64,000 nucleotides of DNA from contig CAIRHC010000009.1 in NCBI GenBank assembly GCA_903878275.1, positions 11,855 to 75,854 on the forward strand. The letters run 5' to 3'. Below the pieces are notes generated by a model. The model searched no databases, was not told the DNA's origin, and saw only the letters and a program-made list of their open reading frames with translations. Source of the stretch: Candidatus Vogelbacteria bacterium. Its GTDB lineage: Bacteria > Patescibacteriota > Minisyncoccia > Phycocordibacterales > XYD1-FULL-46-19. The position numbers and the translations under genes are program-made. Position 1 is the first letter of the stretch; every line of letters starts with the position of its first letter. Positions 27,149-38,700 of the stretch are shown here, one piece after another.

Positions 27149-28480
27149 ATGAATGTTCAGAAAATTTTACTTATTATTTTTCTGGCGTTTTTGCCGTTGG
27201 TAATTTTTGCCGCTAATTCTAATTCGACCAATTTCCAAGTGACCGATGGTGGTTTTAGCCCGTCGGGTTATTCATCGTCGCCCAGTTTTCAATTAAATAG
27301 TGCGGTGTCGCAAATCAGTATTGGCCCGAGTGCTTCGTCAAATTTAAATTTAAAATCTGGCTGGTTGTATTTTCCGGTGGTGAGTACGCCGGTCGTTTCG
27401 GCGACAGCTGGTGATAGTCAAGTGGCTTTATCTTGGACACCAGCGATCGGACTTTTGGGTTGGACGGTCGGTGGCTATTCGATCGGGTGGTCAGCGGTTT
27501 CGGGTGGACCATATACTTTGATTTCGAGCGATACCTCGACCAATTATACAAAAACCAGTCTTGCCAACAGCACGCCATATTATTTTGTGATTAAAGTAAA
27601 AGATGGTCTTGGTAATTTTATTAGCACTTCGACCGAGGTTTCGGCGACACCGGTGGCGACGGTTGTCACGCCACCGGGCGGAGGAGGCGGTTCTGGTGGC
27701 GGCGGAGGTGGTGGAGGAAGTACGCCCCCGTCGGCTGGTGGCAAAGTTACTTTTCGCGGGCGAGCTTACCCGATGTCCGACGTAACTCTTCTTCGTGATG
27801 GGCAATTTGTTGCCAAAACTAAATCTGGTCCCGATGCTAATTTTGAAATAAGTGTTTCGGATTTGGGAGCAGGGCAATATAACTTTGGAATCAACGCGGT
27901 AGATATTTTAGGTAACCAATCTTTGACGCAAACTTTTCCGGTCACTTTGACCAGTAGTGCCGGGACGAGCGTCGGAGGAATTTTTATCGCGCCATCGATT
28001 GCCGTTGATAAGTTGGAAGTAAAAAAAGGGGACAACTTGGCGATTTTTGGACGGACGGTTCCGAGTAGTGAAATTGTAATTGCCGTCAATTCAGAAAATG
28101 AAATTTTTGCCAAAACAGCGTCTGATAAAAGCGGTGCTTATTTGTACAACTTGGATACGGTGCCGCTAGAATTTGGTGACCACACTGCCAAATCAAAATC
28201 TGCGGTCAAAGGCGAAATTAGTCCTTTTGGTCAATCGGTGGCGTTTAAAGTTGGGACACAAAATATTTTAAAACAAGCGAGCGCCAAACCAAAATGTCCA
28301 GCCAAAGGTGATTTGAATGGCGATTGCAAAGTTAATTTAACCGATTTTTCCATTGCCGCTTATTGGTATAAACGATCAATTTCTGCTTCGTTTAAACCGA
28401 CCGAAAAAGAAAAGTTAAGTGGTGATGGAAAAGTTGATTTGGTTGATTTTAGTATTATTGCTTATTATTGGACCGGGTAG
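27149..28480 (+). CDS. Secreted surface protein with fibronectin-III-like domain, Gly-rich linker, Ig-like domain and a C-terminal type-I dockerin
   Basis: Signal peptide, then 'SATAGDSQVALSWTPA...YYFVIKVKDGLGN' (FN3-like) and linker 'PPGGGGGSGGGGGGGGSTPP'. The C-terminus carries two dockerin Ca-binding repeats, 'GDLNGDCKVNLTDFSIAAYWY' and 'LSGDGKVDLVDFSIIAYYW'. Confidence 0.6.
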   Translation: MNVQKILLIIFLAFLPLVIFAANSNSTNFQVTDGGFSPSGYSSSPSFQLNSAVSQISIGPSASSNLNLKSGWLYFPVVSTPVVSATAGDSQVALSWTPAIGLLGWTVGGYSIGWSAVSGGPYTLISSDTSTNYTKTSLANSTPYYFVIKVKDGLGNFISTSTEVSATPVATVVTPPGGGGGSGGGGGGGGSTPPSAGGKVTFRGRAYPMSDVTLLRDGQFVAKTKSGPDANFEISVSDLGAGQYNFGINAVDILGNQSLTQTFPVTLTSSAGTSVGGIFIAPSIAVDKLEVKKGDNLAIFGRTVPSSEIVIAVNSENEIFAKTASDKSGAYLYNLDTVPLEFGDHTAKSKSAVKGEISPFGQSVAFKVGTQNILKQASAKPKCPAKGDLNGDCKVNLTDFSIAAYWYKRSISASFKPTEKEKLSGDGKVDLVDFSIIAYYWTG

Positions 28481-28496
28481 TAGCTGGGTAAAAATT

Positions 28497-29426
28497 ATGA
28501 CCAACAAAATTTTTTTAATTTTATTTTCTTTTTTTATAATCAGTAGTTTTTTGGCTTTGCCGGTTTCGGCGACGACACTTGGTTTGGAAACAAATAATTT
28601 ACCTAATGGTGCGACACTGGCGACATTAATAGTTGATACTGAAAATGAAAAAATAAATGCCCTCTCTGGTTATGTGATATTTGATGGCGGGACTTTAGAT
28701 TGCCAGATAGGTTCGGATGCGAAGTCCATTATTAATTTATGGATCGAAAGACCAGCGGTTAATGTTGGTGACCAATCTTTTTATCAACAAAATTCAATTT
28801 TCGTGTCGGGTATCATCCCCGGTGGTTTTGTTGGGCAAGGGCAAATTATTTCTCTGGTTTGTCGGAAAAAAAATAAACTATCAGATGTTTCTGGATTTTT
28901 AAAAATTGATAGTGGTTTTAAAATTTTAACCAACGACGCTTCGTCGACACCGGTGACGATAAAGATTTTACCGACCAAAACTGCTGGCGCAGGTCTCGGT
29001 CAGGATTATTTAGCTCAAATAAAAACCGATAAAACAGCACCAGAAATTCAAGCGTTGGAAATTATCAAGGATGAAAATCTTTCGGGCGGAAAATCTTTAC
29101 TCGTTTTTAAAACAGCCGACAAAGAATCGGGGATTGACTATTCGGCGGTGCTCGAAACTGATAAAAATTTTGATACCAAAAAAGATGTCGGGCAATTAAA
29201 CAGTTTGACCGGTTGGATTACAACAGGTAGCCCATATGAATTAACCGATGAGGCACGAACAAAATATATTTATTTGAAAGTGGCTGATCGAGCGGGGAAT
29301 GTCAGCGTGGCGAGTTTATCCCCAGTTTCTAGTCCATATAAAATGATTCTGATTTTAGTTATAATTATGCTGGCAATAATCTTTTTAGCCAATAAGCTTT
29401 GGCATGGAAAAAATAAACAAAAATAG
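28497..29426 (+). CDS. Secreted/membrane-anchored protein with an N-terminal cohesin-like beta-sandwich domain and a C-terminal TM helix. The start is placed at the signal-peptide ATG, not at 28419.
   Basis: Signal peptide 'MTNKIFLILFSFFIISSFLALPVSA'. The domain 'LATLIVDTENEKINALSGYVIFDGGTLDCQIG...IINLWIERPAV...FVSGIIPGGFVGQGQIISLV' is paralogous to the N-domains of the next two genes. C-terminal TM 'ILILVIIMLAIIFLA'. Confidence 0.5.
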   Translation: MTNKIFLILFSFFIISSFLALPVSATTLGLETNNLPNGATLATLIVDTENEKINALSGYVIFDGGTLDCQIGSDAKSIINLWIERPAVNVGDQSFYQQNSIFVSGIIPGGFVGQGQIISLVCRKKNKLSDVSGFLKIDSGFKILTNDASSTPVTIKILPTKTAGAGLGQDYLAQIKTDKTAPEIQALEIIKDENLSGGKSLLVFKTADKESGIDYSAVLETDKNFDTKKDVGQLNSLTGWITTGSPYELTDEARTKYIYLKVADRAGNVSVASLSPVSSPYKMILILVIIMLAIIFLANKLWHGKNKQK

Positions 29427-31143
29427 TTCGTCAAAATTAAAAAAGTTTTTTCTAAATTCAGCGATTTTTGTCGGTGCATTGTTTTTGCTTTTCCCTAATC
29501 TGTCTTTTGGTGCTGATTTGAAAATTGGCGCGAATTATTCGACTTATCAAGTCGGCGACAATGTCTCGGTTCGAGTGTCGGTCGCTAGTCCTGGGCAGGC
29601 GATCAATGCCGTGTCTGGCACTTTAAAATTTCCCGCTGATAAATTGCAGGTTGTTTCATTGAGTAAGGCTAGCTCGGTAGTTAATTTGTGGGTGCAAGAA
29701 CCAGCTTTTTCTAATACCACCGGCGAAGTAAATTTTGAGGGTGCAATTTTGAATCCTGGTTTTGTCGGCGCTTCCGGCTTGGCTTTGACGATAAATTTTA
29801 AAGCCAAAAAAGAGGGGACAGTTAACCTCAATTATTCGGTTGGTTCGATTTTGGCGAATGATGGTCAGGGGACAAATGTGCTCGGAAAATTGGGGCAATT
29901 AAATTTAACGATTAAACCAGCGACAGCCGTACCAACTGTTCCAGTTTCGCCAACACCAAAACCAAATTCTGCGGATCTGACTCCCCTTGCAGTTATTTCG
30001 ACAACTCATACCGATGAAACCAAATGGTATAATAATAGTTTGCCGGAATTTTCTTGGGTGGTCCCGACCGGTGTGACCGCTCTTAATTTATCGCTCGATC
30101 AAAAAGATAACACCGATCCTGCCGAGCAAGTCGCTGGCAATACGAGTTCTTATAAAGCGCCAAACGCTTTGACGGATGGAGAGTGGTATTTCCATATCAA
30201 GTACAAAGTTGGTGGAAATTGGAGCCCAATCACTCATCGAAAATTACAGATTGATACTGGTGTGCCGGAAAAATTAAATATCAACGAAATTAAACAGACC
30301 GAAATCGGAAAGGCGAGCTTTGCTTACGATGGAAGTGATCAAGCGTCGGGGATTGACCGCTTTGAATTTCAAGTTGACGGTGCGTCGCCAGCAAATTTGA
30401 ATGAGACTTCTGGGATTTATAATACGCTATCGCTGGCTGACGGCGCTCATACTTTGCTAGTTAAAGTTTTTGATCGCGCTGGAAATGTGGCGACTAAAAA
30501 AATTGATTTTCAAATTGGGGGAGCCGTCTCCCCTAGTTTGTCGGCAAGTTTAGGTACTTGGCCATTGGTCATTATTATCGTTGCCGGAATTTTGTCGCTA
30601 ATTTTGGTGGTGATTTTAGCAATGCTCCTAATCATCAGCTGGCGACGGCTTGATGCCATTGAAAGTTTTTCACGAAAAGAACACGAAGAAAGTACCGAGC
30701 ATTTGCGCCAAGCGATTAGCTTGGTTGAATCTAGTTTGCGTTCAAGACAGGAATCTTCCTCGGCACCAGTGGTTAGTGTTCCGGTTGTCCATATTCCCAC
30801 ACCTCTACCACCAGTTGAGCCACCAGCACCAACTTCTGAACTAACTACAATTATTAAAAATGAAAACAACGACAGAGGCAGCATCGTTTTTCGTGGTCAA
30901 GGCAATCCGGGCGAAGCAATTGTGGTCTTGCGTGACGAAAAAATGTTGGCAGAAACTGCCGTGGGTCCGGACGGTCACTTTGAAGTCGGTTTGTCTGGTT
31001 TGATTCCCGGTTATTATCGCTTGTCGGTGACGACCGTAGAAAATTTAAATAAACGAAGTTTGCATCAAGTTTATCCGGTTTTGTTGTCGGCGGGAACCAC
31101 CTCTCTGATTAGTGGTTTGGTGATGAAAAATTTGCCAAATTAG
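29404..31143 (+). CDS. Membrane protein: signal peptide, cohesin-like domain, Ig/FN3-like region, single TM, and a C-terminal domain with an Ig-like fold
   Basis: 'VGDNVSVRVSVASPGQAINAVSGTLKFPADKLQVVSL...FEGAILNPGFVGASGLALTINFKAKKEGTVNL' resembles the cohesin fold. TM 'WPLVIIIVAGILSLILVVILAMLLII'. The C-terminal 'FRGQGNPGEAIVVLRDEKMLAETAVGPDGHFEV' is homologous to a domain of the dockerin protein. Confidence 0.5.
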   Translation: MEKINKNSSSKLKKFFLNSAIFVGALFLLFPNLSFGADLKIGANYSTYQVGDNVSVRVSVASPGQAINAVSGTLKFPADKLQVVSLSKASSVVNLWVQEPAFSNTTGEVNFEGAILNPGFVGASGLALTINFKAKKEGTVNLNYSVGSILANDGQGTNVLGKLGQLNLTIKPATAVPTVPVSPTPKPNSADLTPLAVISTTHTDETKWYNNSLPEFSWVVPTGVTALNLSLDQKDNTDPAEQVAGNTSSYKAPNALTDGEWYFHIKYKVGGNWSPITHRKLQIDTGVPEKLNINEIKQTEIGKASFAYDGSDQASGIDRFEFQVDGASPANLNETSGIYNTLSLADGAHTLLVKVFDRAGNVATKKIDFQIGGAVSPSLSASLGTWPLVIIIVAGILSLILVVILAMLLIISWRRLDAIESFSRKEHEESTEHLRQAISLVESSLRSRQESSSAPVVSVPVVHIPTPLPPVEPPAPTSELTTIIKNENNDRGSIVFRGQGNPGEAIVVLRDEKMLAETAVGPDGHFEVGLSGLIPGYYRLSVTTVENLNKRSLHQVYPVLLSAGTTSLISGLVMKNLPN

Positions 31144-31255
31144 TCGATCAAAACTTATCCACAAAATTAAGTTAAAAAGCCTGATTTTTCATATCAGTCA
31201 ACGGCAAAATACGTTATAATATTAAACATAGATTCATCATACAAATAAATAAAAA

Positions 31256-32755
31256 ATGATCGTTGATCGAAAGATAAAAGGTGTGTTGTTGTCAATTTTC
31301 ACTCTGGTGCTTTTTAGTTGGAGTGGAGTAGCTTTTTCGGCTGATCTTAAAGTTGTTACCAATAAAACAAATTATCAAGTTGGTGATATCGTTTCAGCGA
31401 GAATTATCTTGTCTTCAGCCGATCAATCGGTCAATGCCGTGTCAGGGACTTTGAAATTTCCGACGGATAAACTGGAAGTGACTTCACTTAGTAAATCTGG
31501 CTCGGTCATCAATCTTTGGGTGCAAGAACCGGATTTTTCAAATAGCACTGGTGAAGTCAGTTTTGAGGGTGCAATTTTAAATCCCGGTTTTACTGGTGCA
31601 TCTGGTCAATCGTTGTCAGTGAATTTTAAAGCCAAAAAAGCTGGCACGGCGACAATATCTTTTTCGACAGGTTCAATTTTGGCAAATGATGGTCAGGGTT
31701 CGAGTATTCTCAAAAAACTTGGTCAAACTTCTGTGACTATCGGCAGTACCAAAGCTGTTATTGAGCCGGCGATCGAAGTAGAAAAACCGGTTGAAGTTGA
31801 AACAACAATTGCGCCCAAAAAAGAAACGAAAAATCAATATCCTGATGTGCCAAGTATTGTTTCGCTGACCAATCCTGATCAAAGTCTTTGGTACAGCATT
31901 AATTACCCGCAGTTGTCTTGGACGTTACCGGAAGACGTGACTGATGTCAGTCTGATTTTTGATAACAAGGAAAAAACAATTCCGCCGACCAAATCGCAAG
32001 GTTTGTTTTCCTCTTATGTCGATGGCAAAAGCGTTGCTGATGGTAATTGGTATTTTCACTTAAGATTTAAAAATAAAATTGGCTGGGGACCAGTCGGGCA
32101 TTACAAATTAAATATCGACACAAAAGAACCGGAGCGCTTTGAGGTGAACGAAGTGAAATTGGGGCAAGGTTCGGCGGGTGCGCGGTTTGTTTTTGACGGT
32201 ACTGATGCTTTGTCTGGAATTGATCATTTTGAATTTCAAGTTGATGATTCGGAACCGCAAATTATCAACGCTGATTCAGTCAAAACTTTTGATACGCCAG
32301 ATTTGCGAGCCGGGCGACACATTCTCACCGCACGAGTGATTGATCGAGCGGGGAATTTGGTGGTGAGAAAATTAACCTTTGCCATTGATCCAGAATTGAC
32401 CGGTTCATTTGCCGTGCGAGTGGGTGACAATTTAATTTTGGTCTTATCAGTTTTGGTGCCGTTAATTATTTTGTTGATGGCGCTGATTTATATTTTACTA
32501 ATCAGCTGGAAAAAGCTATCAACAATTAAACGGCGTTTGCGAAAAGAGGTGCGAGAAGCCGAAGATGGCCTACATCAAGCCTTTGATTTGATTAAAGAAG
32601 ATTTGCAGGTACAAATGGAATTGTTGAAAAAAGCCAAAACCAAACGAAAATTGACGGCGATAGAAACAAAAATAATGAAAAATATCAAAGCCGATTTGAA
32701 TGAAGCCGAGAAATTTATTAAAAATGAAATTGAAGATATTTCCAAACAAATTTAA
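31256..32755 (+). CDS. Paralogue of the previous gene: cohesin-like domain, single TM, C-terminal coiled coil
   Basis: 'VGDIVSARIILSSADQSVNAVSGTLKFPTDKLEVTSL...FEGAILNPGFTGASGQSLSVNFKAKKAGTATI' is about 60% identical to the 29404 N-domain. TM 'LILVLSVLVPLIILLMALIYILLI'. Confidence 0.5.
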   Translation: MIVDRKIKGVLLSIFTLVLFSWSGVAFSADLKVVTNKTNYQVGDIVSARIILSSADQSVNAVSGTLKFPTDKLEVTSLSKSGSVINLWVQEPDFSNSTGEVSFEGAILNPGFTGASGQSLSVNFKAKKAGTATISFSTGSILANDGQGSSILKKLGQTSVTIGSTKAVIEPAIEVEKPVEVETTIAPKKETKNQYPDVPSIVSLTNPDQSLWYSINYPQLSWTLPEDVTDVSLIFDNKEKTIPPTKSQGLFSSYVDGKSVADGNWYFHLRFKNKIGWGPVGHYKLNIDTKEPERFEVNEVKLGQGSAGARFVFDGTDALSGIDHFEFQVDDSEPQIINADSVKTFDTPDLRAGRHILTARVIDRAGNLVVRKLTFAIDPELTGSFAVRVGDNLILVLSVLVPLIILLMALIYILLISWKKLSTIKRRLRKEVREAEDGLHQAFDLIKEDLQVQMELLKKAKTKRKLTAIETKIMKNIKADLNEAEKFIKNEIEDISKQI

Positions 32756-35700
32756 AATCTGGAAAATCTTGGTGATTTTTCTGTTGCTGGTAATTTTACC
32801 CGTTGGCTTTTTGGTAAAAGCTTCGACTGTTCCGGCGATAATTAGTTATCAAGGACGTTTGGCTGACGCTGATGGCAATTTGCTCGGTGGCGCTGGGACC
32901 GATTATAATTTCAAGATTTCTTTTTGGACTAGCCCGACGGTTGGTGCTGGTTCGCGTGTTTGGCCATCGTCTGCTCCGACGGCTTTCGTCTCGACCGTTC
33001 GTCACGGCTTATTTAATTTAAATATTGGCGATACGACTGGTGGTTATCCTGATGCACTTGATTATGATTTTTCAAGTAATGATAAAATTTATTTGCAAGT
33101 TGAAGTTTCTAGCGGCGGCGCTTACGAGACATTATCGCCACGCCAGCTGATGACCAGTACGCCGTTTGCGTCACTGGCGGGTGCGGTGTCTGGTTCTGGC
33201 GCTTCGACGATGGGCTCGCTTACTGTGACTGGAAATTCCACTACGACCAATGCCACGACCACAAATTTATATGCCAATTCTAGTATAGGTTTGAATGGTC
33301 TTTATGTTAACAATTGGTCTGATTTAGCACCTTATCTTCCGACAGCGGCTGGCTGGGGAACATCAAGCGATAGTATAAATTTTAATTCTTTATTAGATGC
33401 TAAAGATAAAGGATATTTTTTCGCTTCTTCTTCGGCTGATGTCTGGGGCGCGTCGAAAGGTTATCTAACTTCATATTCTGAAACCGATCCTGTTTGGACT
33501 TCCGAAAAAGCTGGTTACCTCACGACAGGTACTGCGGCTTCTACTTATCTTACTTTGTCTGCCTCTACCTCATTACCTTATCAGCCGGTTGGAAGTTATT
33601 TGATTACCGAATCTGATCCGATATTTATGGCTGCCTCGTCCTCGTTTCTAACTTTAAATAATTGGTTTGCCACTACTACTTGGGGCGGGTCATCATTAAG
33701 TGTTGGGACCAATAATACTTATGGCTCGCTAACTGCGATGGGCGGGACTACTTTTTCTACTGTTCCACCTTACGGCACAGCGTCGATCGGTCATATTTCT
33801 CATACTTCTGGTTGGGATGGTAGCGGGTTTTTGTTTAGTAATTCTTCTGTTGGTTCAAATGCTTTTTCGATGGTTTACAATGTCGATAAAGCTTGGTTTG
33901 GGGGAATTACTGATAGTTCTGGTGTCGCTTGGATGACGCTTGATGCTGGAGGTTTGCAATCATACGGTACTGTTTCTGGTACTAATTTATCCGGTACAAA
34001 CACTGGTGATGTTACTTTGGCGAACAATTTAAATGGCTTAACAATTTCTAATCAAGTTTTAACCTTGGGTCTAGCCTCAACCAATGCTACTGGTACTCTT
34101 TCTGCTACCGATTGGAATACTTTCAATAATAAACAGCCGGCTGGTAATTATCTCACTTCATATTCAGAGACTGATCCTGTTTGGACTTCCGAAAAAGCTG
34201 GTTATCTTACCACTGGTGCTGCCGCTTCCACTTATTTAACTATTTCGGCTTCCACCTCAATTAGGTCTCTGCCAAATCTCTCCATTACCAAATCTCAAGT
34301 TTCTGATTTTGGCTCACCGCTTTATTCATACTCTGAAACCGATCCACTATACGCTTCAGCTTCATCTTCTATCTTAAGATTTGGCACAACCTCTGATGTT
34401 TTGACTGAAGGTGCGACAAATAAATTTTACACTGACACTAAAGTTGCAAATTACATAAATAGTTCCTCGACGCTTGGTTTTCAAAACTTTACGGCTGGTC
34501 ACGGCACCACCACAAATTTTTATGCTGGCACTAGTCTTGGTTTGAATAGTCAATATATTAGCAATTGGTCGGAACTCGCGGCTTTTTTGCCGACTGTAAC
34601 CGGATGGAGTACTACGAGTGATAGTGTGAATTGGCAAGATAATTGGAATTCGGTAAAAGGGGATTACTTAACTATCTCCAGTGCCGGCTCTACTTATCTA
34701 CCACTTTCAGCGTCCACTTCTTTAGCTTATGTTAAAACCGAAACTGATCCGGTGTGGACGTCAGAAAAATCTGGTTATCTCACTACTGGTCTGGCAGCTT
34801 CGACATATCTTACTTTGGCCGCCTCTACTTCTTTAGCTTATCAACCAATCGGAAATTATCTCACTTCATATTCAGAAACTGATCCAGTTTGGACTTCCGA
34901 AAAAGCCAGTTATCTCACTACTGGTGCCGCCGCTTCCACTTATTTAACAATTTTGGCTTCCACCTCAATTAGGTCTCTGCCAAATCTTTCAATTACTAAA
35001 TCTCAAGTCTCTGATTTTGGCTCACCGCTTTATTCATACTCTGAAACCGATCCCGTTTTTACCGCGTGGAACAAAACGACCGGTATCACTATCTCCGAAT
35101 CGCAAATTACAGATTTGCAAGACTACCTAACTACCGAATCTGATCCGGTCTGGACATCAGAAAAAGCTAGTTATCTCGCTACTTCGGGCAATGGTGGCTC
35201 GTTGACTGGTTTGACTAAGACTCAAGTTGGTTTATCAAATGTTGACAATTATTCTTCAACCACGCTCGAAGTTTTGTCGGCGACCAAACTAAAAACGGCA
35301 CGTACTATAAATGGTGTATCGTTTGATGGTACGGGAAATATTACGGTGACTGATGCTGGTTACACTGCCGCTTCGTCATCGATTCTACGTTATGGCACAA
35401 CAACAGATGCCTTGACCCAAGGCTCGGTCAATAAATTTTATGCGCAAGCTTTGGTGTGGAATGATATTTGGGCATCCTCAACTTTAGCTACGACATTAAA
35501 CAATTCTGCCACTGCTTACGGTTGGGGCAATCACGCCGATGCTGGTTATCTTACCACCGGTGCCGCCGCTTCCACTTATTTAACTATTTCGGCTTCCACC
35601 TCAATTAGGTCTCTGCCAAATCTTTCAATTACCAAATCTCAAGTTTCCGATTTTGGCTTACCGCTTTATTCGTATACTGAAACTGATCCGGTCTGGAATG

Positions 35701-38700
35701 CTACGAAGGGCAATTATCTTTTGTTGGCTGGTGGTACGATGACTGGTGATTTGACGATTAGTAATAAAAATTTGACGGTCACAGGCACCTCCACTTTAGC
35801 GACTACGACCATCACCAATCTTTCTGGAAATATTATTACGAGCAATGATGTTCGCACGGCGATTACCGATCTCGATACTCGTCTTTATAATATGCAAAAC
35901 ACCACCAAAGAAATGACCGGTTTTCCAAACCGTACCGATACTTCTATTTCTTTCAATAACATAAATCGCAATTTCACCATCACTGGTACTAATTTCAAAA
36001 TTTACAGCGCCGGCAAAGAATATGTCAAAAATACCGAATCGATTCAACTTGCCAATACAAACGGTGTCCAATTTGTTTATTATTCGCCAGTTACTTTAAC
36101 TTTGAGTACTAGTACGACCGTTTGGAATTTTAATGATGGTACTGTTCAGATTGCTACCGTGCACTGGGATGGCACGACTGGTTTGCTTGGCGAGGAACGT
36201 CATGGTCTGACAATGGACAATGCCACACACGAATATTTGCATCACACCGTGGGTACGCGTTATCAATCTGGTCTGACTGGCACTTTTAATACAAACAATA
36301 CTTTGTCTGTTACGGCTGGTTCAATTGATGATGAAGACATCGAAGATTCTGTTGCTTTGACTACGACAACAAGAATAATTTATCATCTTAACGCTACTAA
36401 TTTTACCCAATCGGCAGTCGGCACGAGTTTCTTTGATAAGACCTGTACTGGTTCGAATCTTTGTTATGACAACGGCACCGGTAAAGTGGCAGCGACTGGT
36501 AATAATTATGTTGCCTATTGGATTTTTGCAACCAACGATGCTTCAAATGGTGTCTATGTGTTAATGGGACAAAGACAAGATACAAGTTTGGCAAATGCCC
36601 AAGCGAACGCCACATATTCAAGTTTGACTTTGGGTAACTTACCATTCGCTGAAATGAAATTACTTTATCGTTTGATTGTGAGAAACAATGCTGGTAATAC
36701 TTTGGATACTAGTGATTATCGATCGGTTTCAAACCTGCCGTCTGGCACTTATGTCGCGACTGCTCACAATGTTTTGACCGGTCTTGATTATGCTTCGTCT
36801 GGTCATACTGGTTTTGCCGGCACAGGGGTAGATAATACTTTTACCGGTCACGATATTTTTGCTTCTTTGTTTGCTACCAATGCTTCGAGTACTAATGCTA
36901 CCACCACAAATCTTCAAGTGGTCGCCACCTCGACGGTCGGTGGTTTAAGTATTGGTTCGTTGTCTGGAATCTTAAAAGCGGTGGCGGGTGCCGTGACCAC
37001 TTCTTTGATTGACTTAGCCAATGACGTCACCGGTGTGCTTGGTGGCACTCACGGTGGTACGGGTCTTTCGACTGTTACCAACAACGAACTCCTAATCGGC
37101 TCGACCGGAAATACTTGGCTACAAATTGCGACTTCATCACTGGGAATGCTCACGACCAATGTCGCCGAAGGCACTAGACTTTATTATACCGATGTCCGAG
37201 CTCGTGGCGCAATTTCTTCGGGTGCACTTGGTCTGACTTACAATTCTGGTACAGGGGCTTTTTCCTTGACGACTGATTATAATATTCCGTTGACAGCTTC
37301 GACGACAAATTGGAATACAGCGTTTAATTGGGGCAATCATGCTGATGGCGGTTATCTGAAAACTTCAGGTGGTACAATGTCTGGAATATTAACCATAAAT
37401 AACAATCTAAATTCTACTGGTACTTCTACTTTGGCGACGACAACTATGTCTTATGGCTCTAAGATTGGTTATGGTAATGAATATTTTACAGTAAATCAAT
37501 ATCCGGTAGCGGGGAGTATCCTTAGCGGGACTATTCCGATAATTAGCTTTAACAGCCCCAACGCTTGGGGTTCTGATGTGGGAGGTTTCGCTGATTCCTT
37601 GGCTATCTTAGAAACGGGTCAGGCTGATGATCCTGTCGGTATTAATTTTGTCGCCAGTGATTTCGCCAACAACTTGAATGTCGGATCGTTAACTTATGCC
37701 ACAACCTCTAATGTTTTTGTTTTATCTAATGCCAACGGGAATAATGTTGACCTGTCTTTGGGTGGAGGTGTTTTTAGTGGCAGCGTTGTGTCTGACGTCT
37801 ACAAAATTAATGGTCCGGCTAACATCAATTCTTTCCTTGCCACTGACGGTGCTGGTCAAATTATCGCAACGACAACACCAGTTCTTTATGGAGCAACTAC
37901 TGACTCATGGAACACTGCTTATTCTGATCGCTTAAAATGGGATGGTGGCTCCAGCGGTCTTAACGCTTCTACTGCGCGGACCTCTCTGGGGTTAGTAATT
38001 GGTACTAATGTCCAAGCTCAAAACGCGGGGCTTTCAGATATCGCCGGTCTGACATTGACGGACGGTAATTTTATTGTTGGCAACGGTTCTAACTGGGTCG
38101 CTGAAAGTGGAGCGACCGCGCGGACGTCAATTGGTTTGGGTAGTGTGGAAAATACAGCACTCTCTACTTGGGCTGGTTCGTCTTATCTCACTACGGCTGG
38201 CAATCTTACTGCGACCGGTTTGCAAGTAAATGGCAATTCGACTACGACTGGTTTTAGCACTTTAGCAACAACCACCATCTCTCGTTTAGATGTTGGGAAC
38301 ACGACTCTTTTTTATTCCACTCCGATGGGTAGTTTGATGAGTCAGAAAATAACTTCAGCTTTTGCGGGTCTGACTGGTTTTGTTAATACCACTGGTGCTG
38401 GTGATTGGGTTATGATTATGCCGCCTGGAGATTTGTGGCCAGGAGCTCCAGAAGTTGATGCTTCCGTAGGTGGAGTTACGGGTAATTTTTCTTTGACCTC
38501 AACTGCCCCTGATACTTTAGGTATGTTTTATGGTAATCAATGGAACGGTTCCTATTCTGGAGATTTGTCAGGCTTACTTCAGGGGATTTCTAATAACTAT
38601 GCAACTAAGATTGAATCTGGAGCGACGGTTAGTACTCTATCCGGGCTGTCTAGTTTTTCTTCAGATGTTGAAAATCAGGGAGCAATTACCGGAGATTTTA

